Part shown: one piece after another, positions 12,001-25,249 of the stretch | Layout of the letters: every line of letters begins with the position of its first letter | Position numbering within the stretch: the first letter of the stretch is position 1 | Position numbers and translations under genes: made by a program | Notes under the pieces: model-generated | Seen by the model: only the letters and a program-made list of their open reading frames with translations | Database searches by the model: none | Told to the model about the DNA's origin: nothing | NCBI GenBank assembly: GCA_964016885.1 | Contig: OZ024743.1 | Span: forward strand, 95,914,001 to 95,978,000 | Length of the DNA stretch: 64,000 nt | Reading direction: 5' to 3' | Source of the DNA: Eledone cirrhosa | Taxonomy: Eukaryota

Positions 12001-15000
12001 GAGAAGGAAGGAATAGAAAGGCGAAGGAAGAGATAGAAAAGGAAGGAATAGAAAGGTGTAGGAAGAGATAAAGAAGGAAGGAATGGAAAGGCGTAGGAAG
12101 AGATAGGGAAGGAGGAATAGAAAGGCGTAGGAAGAGATAGAGAAGCAAGGAATGGAAAGGCGTAGGAAGAGATAGAGAAGCAAGGAGTGGAAAGGCTTAG
12201 GAAGAGATAGAGAAGGAAGGAATAGAAAGGCGTAGGAAGAGATAGAGAAGCAAGGAGTGGAAAGGCTTAGGAAGAGATAGAGAAGGAAGGAATAGAAAGG
12301 CGTAGGAAGAGATAGAGAAGGAAGGAATGGAAAGGTGTAGGAAGAGATAGAGAAGGAAGGAATAGAAAGGTGTAGGAAGAGAATAGAGAAGGAAGGAATG
12401 GAAAGGCTTAGGAAGAGCTAGAGAAGGAAGGAATAGAAAGGTGTAGGAAGAGATAGAGAAGGAAGGAATGGAAAGGCGTAGGAAGAGATAGAGAAGGCTG
12501 AATAGAAATGCGTAGGAAGAGATGGTGAAGGAAGGAATGGAAAGGTGTAGGAAGAGTTAGAGAAGGAAGGAATGGAAAGGCGTAGGAAGAGATAGAGAAG
12601 GAAGGAATGGAAAGGCGTAGGAAGAGATAGAGAAGGAGGAATAGAAAGGCTTAGGAAGAGATAGAGAAGGAAGGAATGGAAAGGTGTAGGAAGAGTTAGA
12701 GAAGGAAGGAATGGAAAGGCGTAGGAAAAGATAGAGAAGGAAGGAATAGAAAGGCGTAGGAAGAGATAGAGAAGGAAGTACTAGAAAGGCGTAGGAAGAG
12801 ATAGAGAAGGAAAGAATAGAACAGCGTAGGAAGAGATAGAGAAGGAAGGAATAGAAAGGCGTAGGAAGAGATAGAGAAGGAAGGAATAGAAAGGTGTAGG
12901 AAGAGATAGAGAAGGAAGGAATGGAAAGGCGTAGGAAAAGATAGAAAAGGAAGGAATGGAAAGGTGTAGGAAGAGATAGAGAAGGAAGGAATGGAAAGGC
13001 TTAGGAAGAGATAGAGAAGGAAGGAATAGAAAGGTGTAGGAAGAGATAGAGAAGGAAGGTATAGAAAGGCGTAGGAAGAGATAGAGAAGGAGGAATAGAA
13101 AGGCGTAGGAAGAGATAGTGAAGGAAGGAATGGAAAGGTGTAGGAAGAGTTAGAGAAGGAAGGAATGGAAAGGCGTAGGAAAAGATAGAGAAGGAAGGAA
13201 TAGAAAGGCGTAGGAAGAGATAGAGAAGGAAGGAATAGAAAGGCGTAGGAAGAGATAGTGAAGGAAGGAATGGAAAGGTGTAGGAAGAGTTAGAGAAGGA
13301 AGGAATGGAAAGGCGTAGGAAAAGATAGAGAAGGAAGGAATAGAAAGGCGTAGGAAGAGATAGAGAAGGAAGTAATAGAAAGGCGTAGGAAGAGATAGAG
13401 AAGGAAAGAATAGAACAGCGTAGGAAGAGATAGAGAAGGAAGGAATAGAAAGGCGTAGGAAGAGATAGAGAAGGAAGAATAGAAATGTGTAGGAAGAGAT
13501 AGAGAAGGAAGGAATGGAAAGGCGTAGGAAGAGATAGAAAAGGAAGGAATGGAAAGGTGTAGGAAGAGATAGAGAAGGAAGGAATGGAAAGGCGTAGGAA
13601 GAGATAGAAAAGGAAGGAATGGAAAGGCTTAGGAAGAGATAGAGAAGGAAGGAATGGAAAGGTGTAGGAAGAGTTAGAGAAGGAAGGAATGGAAAGGCGT
13701 AGGAAGAGATAGAGAAGGAAGGAATGGAAAGGCGTAGGAAAAGATAGAGAAGGAAGGAATAGAAAGGCGTAGGAAGAGATAGAGAAGGAAGGAATAGAAC
13801 AGTGTAGGAAGAGATAGAGAAGGAAGGAATAGAAAGGCGATGGAAGAGATAGAAAAGGAAGGAATAGAAAGGTGTAGGAAGAGATAAAGAAGGAAGGAAT
13901 GGAAAGGCGTAGGAAGAGATAGGGAAGGAGGAATAGAAAGGCGTAGGAAGAGATAGAGAAGGAAGTAATAGAACTGCCTAGGAAGAGATAGAGAAGCAGG
14001 GAAGGGAAAGGCATAGGAAGAGATAGAGAAGGAAGGAATAGAAAGGTGTAGGAAGAGATAGAGAAGGAAGGAATGGAAAGGTGTAGGAAGAGATAGAGAA
14101 GGAAGGAATGGAAAGGCGTAGGAGGAGATAGAGAAGGAAGGAATAGAAAGGCGTAGGAAGATATAGAGAAGGAAGGAATGGAAAGGCGTAGGAAGAGATA
14201 GAGAAGGAAGGAATGGAAAGGCGTAGGAGGAGATAGAGAAGGAAGGAATAGAAAGGCGTAGGAAGAGATAGAGGAGGAAGGAATAGAAAGGTGTAGGAAG
14301 AGATAGAGAAGGAAGGAATAGAAAGGTGTAGGAAGAGATAGAGAAGGAAGGAATAGAAAGGTGTAGGAAGAGATAGAGAAGGAAGGAATGGAAAGGTGTA
14401 GGAAGAGATAGAGAAGGAAGGAATGGAAAGGCGTAGGAGGAGATAGAGAAGGAAGGAATAGAAAGGCGTAGGAAGAGATAGAGGAGGAAGGAATAGAAAG
14501 GTGTAGGAAGAGATAGAGAAGGAAGGAATAGAAAGGTGTAGGAAGAGATAGAGAAGGAAGGAATAGAAAGGCGTAGGAAGAGATAGAGGAGGAAGGAATG
14601 GAAAGGCGTAGGAAGAGATAGAGGAGGAAGGAATAGAAAGGCGTAGGAAGAGATAGAGAAGGAAGTAATGGAAAGGCGTAGGAAGAGATAGAGAAGGAAG
14701 GAATGGATAGGTGTAGGAAGAGATAGAGAAGGAGGAATAGAAAGTCGTAGGAAGAGATAGAGAAGGAAGGAATAGAAAGGCGTAGGAAGAGATAGAGAAG
14801 GAGGAATAGAAAGTCGTAGGAAGAGATAGAGAAGGAAGGAATAGAAAGGCGTAGGAAGAGATAGAGAAGGAAGGAATGGAAAGGTGTAGGAAGAGTTAGA
14901 GAAGGAAGGAATGGAAAGGCGTAGGAAGAGATAGAGAAGGAAGGAATGGAAAGGCGTAGGAAGAGATAGAGAAGGAAGGAATGGAAAGGTGTAGGAAGAG

Positions 15001-18000
15001 TTAGAGAAGGAAGGAATGGAAAGGCGTAGGAAGAGATAGAGAAGGAAGGAATGGAAAGGTGTAGGAAGAGTTAGAGAAGGAAGGAATGGAAAGTCGTAGG
15101 AAGAGATAGAGAAGGAAGGAATGGAAAGGCGTAGGAAGAGATAGAGAAGGAGGAATAGAAAGTCGTAGGAAGAGATAGAGAAGGAAGGAATAGAAAGGCG
15201 TAGGAAGAGATAGAGAAGGAAGGAATGGAAAGGTGTAGGAAGAGTTAGAGAAGGAAGGAATGGAAAGGCGTAGGAAGAGATAGAGAAGGAAGGAATGGAA
15301 AGGCGTAGGAAAAGATAGAGAAGGAAGGAATGGAAAGGCGTAGGAAGAGATAGAGAAGGAAGGAATGGAAAGGCGTAGGAAAAGATAGAGAAGGAGGAAT
15401 AGAAAGGTGTAGGAAGAGATAGAGAAGGAAGGAATAGAAAGGCGTAGGAAGAGATAGAGAAGGAGGAATAGAAAGGTGTAGGAAGAGATAGAGAAGGAAG
15501 GAATGGAAAGGTGTAGGAAGAGTTAGAGAAGGAAGGAATGGAAAGGCGTAGGAAGAGATAGAGAAGGAAGGAATGGAAAGGCGTAGGAAGAGATAGAGAA
15601 GGAAGGAATGGAAAGGCGTAGGAAAAGATAGAGAAGGAGGAATAGAAAGGTGTAGGAAGAGATAGAGAAGGAAGGAATAGAAAGGCGTAGGAAGAGATAG
15701 AGAAGGAGGAATAGAAAGGTGTAGGAAGAGATAGAGAAGGAAGGAATGGAAAGGTGTAGGAAGAGTTAGAGAAGGAAGGAATGGAAAGGCGTAGGAAGAG
15801 ATAGAGAAGGAAGGAATGGAAAGGCGTAGGAAAAGATAGAGAAGGAGGAATAGAAAGGCGTAGGAAGAGATAGAGAAGGAAGGAATAGAAAGGCGTAGGA
15901 AGAGATAGAGAAGGAAGGAATAGAACAGTGTAGGAAGAGATAGAGAAGGAAGGAATAGAAAGGCGTAGGAACAGATAGAGAAGGAAGGAATGGAAAGGCG
16001 AAGGAAGAGATAGAGAAGGAAGGAATAGAAAGGCGTAGGAAGAGATAGAGAAGCAAGGAATGGAAAGGCTTAGGAAGAGATAGAGAAGGAAGGAATAGAA
16101 AGGCGTAGGAAGAGATAGAGAAGGAAGGAATGGAAAGGTGTAGGAAGAGATAGAGAAGGAAGGAATAGAAAGGTGTAGGAAGAGATAGAGAAGGAAGGAA
16201 TGGAAAGGCTTAGGAAGAGATAGAGAAGGAAGGAATAGAAAGGTGTTGGAAGAGATAGAGAAGGAAGGAATGGAAAGGCGTAGGAAGAGATAGAGAAGGA
16301 GGAATAGAAAGGCGTAGGAAGAGATAGTGAAGGAAGGAATGGAAAGGTGTAGGAAGAGTTAGAGAAGGAAGGAATGGAAAGGCGTAGGAAAAGATAGAGA
16401 AGGAAGGAATAGAAAGGCGTAGGAAGAGATAGAGAAGGAAGTAATAGAAAGGCGTAGGAAGAGATAGAGAAGGAAAGAATAGAACAGCGTAGGAAGAGAT
16501 AGAGAAGGAAGGAATAGAAAGGCGTAGGAAGAGATAGAGAAGGAAGGAATAGAAATGTGTAGGAAGAGATAGAGAAGGAAGGAATGGAAAGGCGTAGGAA
16601 GAGATAGAAAAGGAAGGAATGGAAAGGTGTAGGAAGAGATAGAGAAGGAAGGAATGGAAAGGCGTAGGAAGAGATAGAAAAGGAAGGAATGGAAAGGCTT
16701 AGGAAGAGATAGAGAAGGAAGGAATGGAAAGGTGTAGGAAGAGTTAGAGAAGGAAGGAATGGAAAGGCGTAGGAAGAGATAGAGAAGGAAGGAATAGAAA
16801 GGCGTAGGAAGAGATAGAGAAGGAAGGAATAGAACAGTGTAGGAAGAGATAGAGAAGGAAGGAATAGAAAGGCGAAGGAAGAGATAGAAAAGGAAGGAAT
16901 AGAAAGGTGTAGGAAGAGATAAAGAAGGAAGGAATGGAAAGGCGTAGGAAGAGATAGGGAAGGAGGAATAGAAAGGCGTAGGAAGAGATAGAGAAGCAAG
17001 GAATGGAAAGGCGTAGGAAGAGATAGAGAAGCAAGGAGTGGAAAGGCTTAGGAAGAGATAGAGAAGGAAGGAATAGAAAGGCGTAGGAAGAGATAGAGAA
17101 GCAAGGAGTGGAAAGGCTTAGGAAGAGATAGAGAAGGAAGGAATAGAAAGGCGTAGGAAGAGATAGAGAAGGAAGGAATGGAAAGGTGTAGGAAGAGATA
17201 GAGAAGGAAGGAATAGAAAGGTGTAGGAAGAGAATAGAGAAGGAAGGAATGGAAAGGCTTAGGAAGAGCTAGAGAAGGAAGGAATAGAAAGGTGTAGGAA
17301 GAGATAGAGAAGGAAGGAATGGAAAGGCGTAGGAAGAGATAGAGAAGGCTGAATAGAAATGCGTAGGAAGAGATGGTGAAGGAAGGAATGGAAAGGTGTA
17401 GGAAGAGTTAGAGAAGGAAGGAATGGAAAGGCGTAGGAAGAGATAGAGAAGGAAGGAATGGAAAGGCGTAGGAAGAGATAGAGAAGGAGGAATAGAAAGG
17501 CTTAGGAAGAGATAGAGAAGGAAGGAATGGAAAGGTGTAGGAAGAGTTAGAGAAGGAAGGAATGGAAAGGCGTAGGAAAAGATAGAGAAGGAAGAAATAG
17601 AAAGGCGTAGGAAGAGATAGAGAAGGAAGTACTAGAAAGGCGTAGGAAGAGATAGAGAAGGAAAGAATAGAACAGCGTAGGAAGAGATAGAGAAGGAAGG
17701 AATAGAAAGGCGTAGGGAGAGATAGAGAAGGAAGGAATAGAAAGGTGTAGGAAGAGATAGAGAAGGAAGGAATGGAAAGGCGTAGGAAAAGATAGAAAAG
17801 GAAGGAATGGAAAGGTGTAGGAAGAGATAGAGAAGGAAGGAATGGAAAGGCTTAGGAAGAGATAGAGAAGGAAGGAATAGAAAGGTGTAGGAAGAGATAG
17901 AGAAGGAAGGTATAGAAAGGCGTAGGAAGAGATAGAGAAGGAAGGAATAGAAAGGCGTAGGAAGAGATAGAGAAGGAGGAATAGAAAGGCGTAGGAAGAG

Positions 18001-20000
18001 ATAGAGAAGGAGGAATAGAAAGGCGTAGGAAGAGATAGAGAAGGAAGGAATGGAAAGGCGTAGGATGTGATAGAGAAGGAAGTAATAGAACTGCCTAGGA
18101 AGAGATAGAGAAGGAAGGAATAGGAAAACGTAGGAAGAGATATAGAAGGAATGAATGGAAAGGCTTAGGAAGAGATAGAGAAGGAAGGAATAGAAAGGCG
18201 TAGGAAGAGATAGAGAAGCAAGGAATGGAAAGGCGTGGGAAGAGATAGAGAAGGAAGGAATGGAAAGGCGTAGGAAGAGATAGAGAATCAAGGAATGGAA
18301 AGGCGTAGGAAGAGATAGAGAAGGAAGGAATGGAAAGGCATAGGAAGAGATAGAGAAGGAAGGAATGGAAAGGCTTAGTTAGAGATAGAGAAGGAAGGAA
18401 TAGAAAGGTGTAGGAAGAGATAGAGGAGGAAGGTATAGAAAGGCGTAGGAAGAGATAGAGAAGCAAGGAAGGGAAAGGCATAGGAAGAGATAGAGAAGGA
18501 AGGAATAGAAAGGCGTAGGAAGAGATAGAGAAGGAAGGAATGGAAAGGTGTAGGAAGAGATAGAGAAGGAAGGAATAGAAAGGTGTAGGAAGAGATAGAG
18601 AAGGAAGGAATAGAAAGGCGTAGGAAGAGATAGAGAAGGAAGGAATAGAACAGTGTAGGAAGAGATAGAGAAGGAAGGAATAGAAAGGCGAAGGAAGAGA
18701 TAGAAAAGGAAGGAATAGAAAGGTGTAGGAAGAGATAAAGAAGGAAGGAATGGAAAGGCGTAGGAAGAGATAGGGAAGGAGGAATAGAAAGGCGTAGGAA
18801 GAGATAGAGAAGGAAGGAATGGAAAGGTGTAGGAAGAGTTAGAGAAGGAAGGAATGGAAAGGCGTAGGAAGAGATAGAGAAGGAAGGAATAGAAAGGCGT
18901 AGGAAGAGATAGAGAAGGAAGGAATAGAACAGTGTAGGAAGAGATAGAGAAGGAAGGAATAGAAAGGCGAAGGAAGAGATAGAAAAGGAAGGAATAGAAA
19001 GGTGTAGGAAGAGATAAAGAAGGAAGGAATGGAAAGGCGTAGGAAGAGATAGGGAAGGAGGAATAGAAAGGCGTAGGAAGAGATAGAGAAGCAAGGAATG
19101 GAAAGGCGTAGGAAGAGATAGAGAAGCAAGGAGTGGAAAGGCTTAGGAAGAGATAGAGAAGGAAGGAATAGAAAGGCGTAGGAAGAGATAGAGAAGCAAG
19201 GAGTGGAAAGGCTTAGGAAGAGATAGAGAAGGAAGGAATAGAAAGGCGTAGGAAGAGATAGAGAAGGAAGGAATGGAAAGGTGTAGGAAGAGATAGAGAA
19301 GGAAGGAATAGAAAGGTGTAGGAAGAGAATAGAGAAGGAAGGAATGGAAAGGCTTAGGAAGAGCTAGAGAAGGAAGGAATAGAAAGGTGTAGGAAGAGAT
19401 AGAGAAGGAAGGAATGGAAAGGCGTAGGAAGAGATAGAGAAGGCTGAATAGAAATGCGTAGGAAGAGATGGTGAAGGAAGGAATGGAAAGGTGTAGGAAG
19501 AGTTAGAGAAGGAAGGAATGGAAAGGCGTAGGAAGAGATAGAGAAGGAAGGAATGGAAAGGCGTAGGAAGAGATAGAGAAGGAGGAATAGAAAGGCTTAG
19601 GAAGAGATAGAGAAGGAAGGAATGGAAAGGTGTAGGAAGAGTTAGAGAAGGAAGGAATGGAAAGGCGTAGGAAAAGATAGAGAAGGAAGGAATAGAAAGG
19701 CGTGGGAAGAGATAGAGAAGGAAGTACTAGAAAGGCGTAGGAAGAGATAGAGAAGGAAAGAATAGAACAGCGTAGGAAGAGATAGAGAAGGAAGGAATAG
19801 AAAGGCGTAGGAAGAGATAGAGAAGGAAGGAATAGAAAGGTGTAGGAAGAGATAGAGAAGGAAGGAATGGAAAGGCGTAGGAAAAGATAGAAAAGGAAGG
19901 AATGGAAAGGTGTAGGAAGAGATAGAGAAGGAAGGAATCGAAAGGCTTAGGAAGAGATAGAGAAGGAAGGAATAGAAAGGTGTAGGAAGAGATAGAGAAG
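1..20000. repeat. Left satellite sub-domain defined by private monomer variants
   Basis: Private variants are the doubled GCAAGGAGTGG monomer (~1533/1603, 3523/3593, 9350/9420, 12180/12250, 17031/17101, 19126/19196), GAAGGCTGAATAG followed by GATGGTGAAGG, the 36-bp GAGAATAGAG, and GGCGAAGG. I do not see these to the right of ~20 kb. The boundary is approximate. Confidence 0.85.
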
Positions 20001-20020
20001 GAAGGTATAGAAAGGCGTAG
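6240..20020. repeat. Two tandem copies of a ~7 kb super-repeat (~6.2-13.2 kb and ~13.2-20.0 kb)
   Basis: ORF pairs 8389..9318/16070..16999, 9063..9353/16744..17034, 9951..10610/17632..18291 and 10414..10800/18095..18481 are all offset by 7681 bp. Pair 11893..12183/18839..19129 is offset by 6946 bp. The rare GGAAGAATAGAAATGTG variant at ~6488 and ~13473 is offset by 6985 bp. Confidence 0.88.
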
Positions 20021-23000
20021 GAAGAGATAGAGAAGGAAGGAATAGAAAGGCGTAGGAAGAGATAGAGAAGGAGGAATAGAAAGGCGTAGGAAGAGATAGA
20101 GAAGGAGGAATAGAAAGGCGTAGGAAGAGATAGAGAAGGAAGGAATGGAAAGGCGTAGGATGTGATAGAGAAGGAAGTAATAGAACTGCCTAGGAAGAGA
20201 TAGAGAAGGAAGGAATGGAAAGGCTTAGGAAGAGATAGAGAAGGAAGGAATAGAAAGGCGTAGGAAGAGATAGAGAAGCAAGGAATGGAAAGGCGTGGGA
20301 AGAGATAGAGAAGGAAGGAATGGAAAGGCGTAGGAAGAGATAGAGAAGCAAGGAATGGAAAGGCGTAGGAAGAGATAGAGAAGGAAGGAATGGAAAGGCA
20401 TAGGAAGAGATAGAGAAGGAAGGAATGGAAAGGCTTAGTTAGAGATAGAGAAGGAAGGAATAGAAAGGTGTAGGAAGAGATAGAGGAGGAAGGTATAGAA
20501 AGGCGTAGGAAGAGATAGAGAAGCAAGGAAGGGAAAGGCATAGGAAGAGATAGAGAAGGAAGGAATAGAAAGGCGTAGGAAGAGATAGAGAAGGAAGGAA
20601 TGGAAAGGCGTAGGAAGAGATAGAAAAGGAAGGAATGGAAAGGCTTAGGAAGAGATAGAAAAGCAAGGAAGGGAAAGGCATAGGAAGAGATAGAGAAGGA
20701 AGGAATAGAAAGGCGTAGGAAGAGATAGAGAAGGAAGGAATGGAAAGGTGTAGGAAGAGATAGAGAAGGAAGGAATAGAAAGGTGTAGGAAGAGATAGAG
20801 AAGGAAGGAATAGAAAGGTGTAGGAAGAGATAGAGAAGGAAGGTATAGAAAGGCGTAGGAAGAGATAGAGAAGGAAGTACTAGAAAGGCGTAAGAAGAGA
20901 TAGAGAAGGAAAGAACAGAACAGCGTAGGAAGAGATAGAGAAGGAAGGAATAGAAAGGTGTAGGAAGAGATAGAGAAGCAAGGAATGGAAAGGTGTAGGA
21001 AGAGATAGAGAAGGAAGGAATAGAAAGCCGTAGGAAGAGATAGAGAAGGAAGGAATAGAAAGGTGTAGGAAGAGATAGAGAAGGAAGGAATGGAAAGGCG
21101 TAGGAAGAGATAGAGAAGGAAGGAATTGAAAGGCGTAGGAAGAGATAGAGAAGGAGGAATAGAAAGGCGTAGGAAGAGATAGAGAAGGAGGAATAGAAAG
21201 GCGTAGGAAGAGATAGAGAAGGAAGGAATGGAAAGGCGTAGGAAGTGATAGAGAAGGAAGTAATAGAACTGCCTAGGAAGAGATAGAGAAGGAAGGAATA
21301 GAAAGGCGTAGGAAGTGATAGAGAAGGAAGGAATATAAAGGCGTAGCAAGAGATAGAGAAGCAAGGAATGGAAAGGCGTAGGAAGAGATAGAGAAGGAAG
21401 GAATAGAAAGGCGTAGGAAGAGATAGAGAAGGAAGGAATGGAAAGGCGTAGGAAGAGATAGAGAAGCAAGGAATGGAAAGGCGTAGGAAGAGATAGAGAA
21501 GGAAGGAATAGAAAGGCGTAGGAAGAGATAGAGAAGCAAGGAATGGAAAGGCGTAGGAAGAGATAGAGAAGCAAGGAATGGAAAGGCGTAGGAAGAGATA
21601 GAGAAGGAAGGAATAGAAAGGCGTAGGAAGAGATAGAGAAGCAAGGAATGGAAAGGCGTAGGAAGAGATAGAGAAGGAAGGGATGGAAAGGTATAGGAAG
21701 AGTTAGAGAAGGAAGGAATGGAAAGGCGTAGGAAAAGCTAGAGAAGGAAGGAATAGAAAGGCGTAGGAAGAGATAGAGAAGGAAGGAATATAAAGGCGTA
21801 GGAAGAGATAGAGAAGGAAAGAATAGAACAGCATAGGAAGAGATAGAGAAGGAAGGAATAGAAAGGCGTAGGAAGAGATAGAGAAGGAAGGAATAGAAAG
21901 GTGTAGGAAGAGATAGAGAAGGAAGGAATGGAAAGGGGTAGGAAGAGATAGAAAAGGAAGGAATGGAAAGGTGTAGTAAGAGATAGAGAAGGAAGGAATG
22001 GAAAGGCTTAGGAAGAGATAGAGAAGGAAGGAATAGAAAGGTGTAGGAAGAGATAGAGAAGGAAGGTCTAGAAAGGCGTAGGAAGAGATAGAGAAGGTGG
22101 AATAGAAAGGCGTAGGAAGAGATAGAGAGGAGGAATAGAAAGGCGTAGGAAGAGATAGAGAAGGAAGTAATAGAACTGCCTAGGAAGAGATAGAGAAGGA
22201 AGGAATAGGAAAACGTAGGAAGAGATACAGAAGGAATGAATGGAAAGGCATAGGAAGAGATAGAGAAGGAAGGAATGGAAAGGCGTAGGAAGTGATAGAG
22301 AAGGAAGGAATAGAAAGGCGTAGGAAGAGATAGAGAAGCAAGGAAGGGAAAGGCATAGGAAGAGATAGAGAAGGAAGGAATAGAAAGGTGTAGGAAGAGA
22401 TAGAGAAGGAAGGAATGGAAAGGTGTAGGAAGAGATAAAGAAGGAAGGAATGGAAAGGCGTAGGAGGAGATAGAGAAGGAAGGAATAGAAAGGCGTAGGA
22501 AGAGATAGAGAAGGAAGGAATGGAAAGGCGTAGGAAGAGATAGAGAAGGAAGGAATGGAAAGGCATAGGAAGAGATAGAGAAGGAGGAATAGAAAGGCGT
22601 AGGAAGAGATAGAGAAGGAAGGAATAGAAAGGTGTAGGAAGAGATAGAGAAGGAAGGAATAGAAAGGCGTAGGAAGAGATAGAGGAGGAAGGAATGGAAA
22701 GGCGTAGGAAGAGATAGCGAAGGAAGGAATAGAAAGGGGTAGGAAGAGATAGAGAAGGAAGTAATGGAAAGGCGTAGGAAGAGATAGAGAAGGAAGGAAT
22801 GGATAGGTGTAGGAAGAGATAGAGAAGGAAGGAATGGAAAGGCGTAGGAAGAGATAGAGAAGGAGGAATAGAAAGGCGTAGGAAGAGATAGAGAAGGAAG
22901 GAATGGAAAGGCGTAGGAAGAGATAGAGAAGGAGGAATAGAAAGGCGTAGGAAGAGATAGAGAAGGAAGGAATGGAAAGGTGTAGGAAGAGTTAGAGAAG

Positions 23001-25249
23001 GAAGGAATGGAAAGGCGTAGGAAGAGATAGAGAAGCAAGGAATGGAAAGGCGTAGGAAAAGATAGAGAAGGAGGAATAGAAAGGCGTAGGAAGAGATAGA
23101 GAAGGAAGGAATAGAAAGGCGTAGGAAGAAATAGAGAAGGAAGGAATAGAACAGTGTAGGAAGAGATAGAGAAGGAAGGAATAGAAAGGCGTAGGAAGAG
23201 ATAGAGAAGGAAGGAATGGAAAGGCGTAGGAAGAGATAGAGAAGGAAGGAATAGAAAGGCGTAGGAAGAGATAGAGAAGGAAGGAATGGAAAGGCTTAGG
23301 AAGAGATAGAGAAGGAAGGAATAGAAAGGCGTAGGAAGAGATAGAGAAGGAAGGAATAGAAAGGCGTAGGAAGAGATAGAGAAGGAAGGAATAGAAAGGC
23401 GTAGGAAGAGATAGAGAAGGAAGGAATAGAAAGGCGTAGGAAGAGATAGAGAAGCAAGGAATGGAAAGGCTTAGGAAGAGATAGAGAAGGAAGGAATAGA
23501 AAGGCGTAGGAAGAGATAGAGAAGGAAGGAATAGAAAGGCGTAGGAAGAGATAGAGAAGGAAGGAATAGAAAGGCGTAGGAAGAGATAGAGAAGGAAGGA
23601 ATAGAAAGGCGTAGGAAGAGATAGAGAAGCAAGGAATGGAAAGGCTTAGGAAGAGATAGAGAAGGAAGGAATAGAAAGGCGTAGGAAGAGATAGAGAAGG
23701 AAGGAATGGAAAGGTGTAGGAAGAGATAGAGAAGGAAGGAATAGAAAGGTGTAGGAAGAGATAGAGAAGGAAGGAATGGAAAGGCTTAGGAAGAGATAGA
23801 GAAGGAAGGAATAGAAAGGTGTAGGAAGAGATAGAGAAGGAAGGAATGGAAAGGCGTAGGAAGAGATAGAGAAGGAGGAATAGAAAGGCGTAGGAAGAGA
23901 TAGTGAAGGAAGGAATGGAAAGGTGTAGGAAGAGTTAGAGAAGGAAGGAATGGAAAGGCGTAGGAAAAGATAGAGAAGGAAGGAATAGAAAGGCGTAGGA
24001 AGAGATAGAGAAGGAAGTAATAGAAAGGCGTAGGAAGAGATAGAGAAGGAAAGAATAGAACAGCGTAGGAAGAGATAGAGAAGGAAGGAATAGAAAGGCG
24101 TAGGAAGAGATAGAGAAGGAAGGAATAGAAATGTGTAGGAAGAGATAGAGAAGGAAGGAATGGAAAGGCGTAGGAAGAGATAGAAAAGGAAGGAATGGAA
24201 AGGTGTAGGAAGAGATAGAGAAGGAAGGAATGGAAAGGCGTAGGAAGAGATAGAAAAGGAAGGAATGGAAAGGCTTAGGAAGAGATAGAGAAGGAAGGAA
24301 TAGAAAGGTGTAGGAAGAGATAGAGAAGGAAGGTATAGAAAGGCGTAGGAAGAGATAGAGAAGGAAGGAATAGAAAGGCGTAGGAAGAGATAGAAAAGGA
24401 AGGAATAGAAAGGTGTAGGAAGAGATAGAGAAGGAAGGTATAGAAAGGCGTAGGAAGAGATAGAGAAGGAAGGAATAGAAAGGCGTAGGAAGAGATAGAG
24501 AAGGAGGAATAGAAAGGCGTAGGAAGAGATAGAGAAGGAGGAATAGAAAGGCGTAGGAAGAGATAGAGAAGGAAGGAATAGAAAGGTGTAGGAAGAAATA
24601 GAGAAGGAATGAATGGAAAGGCGTAGGAAGAGATAGAGAATGAAGGAATGGAAAGGCGTAGGAAGAGATAGAGAAGGAGGAATAGAAAGGCGTAGGAAGA
24701 GATAGAGAAGGAAGGAATGGAAAGGTATAGGAAGAGTTAGAGAAGGAAGGAATGGAAAGGCGTAGGAAAAGATAGAGAAGGAAGGAATAGAAAGGCGTAG
24801 GAAGAGATAGAGAAGGAAGTAATAGAAAGGCGTAGGAAGAAATAGAGAAGGAAAGAATAGAACAGCGTAGTAAGAGATAGATCAGGAAGGAATAGAAAGG
24901 CGTAGGAAGAGATAGAGAAGGAAGGAATAGAAAGGTGTAGGAAGAGATAGAGAAGGAAGGAATGGAAAGGCGTAGGAAGAGATAGAAAAGGAAGGAATGG
25001 AAAGGTGTAGGAAGAGATAGAGAAGGAAGGAATGGAAAGGCTTAGGAAGAGATAGAGAAGGAAGGAATAGAAAGGTGTAGGAAGAGATAGAGAAGGAAGG
25101 TATAGAAAGGCGTAGGAAGAGATAGAGAAGGAGGAATAGAAAGGCGTAGGAAGAGATAGAGAAGGAGGAATAGAAAGGCGTAGGAAGAGATAGAGAAGGA
25201 AGGAATGGAAAGGCGTGGGAAGAGAGAGAGAAGGAAGGAATGGAAAGGC

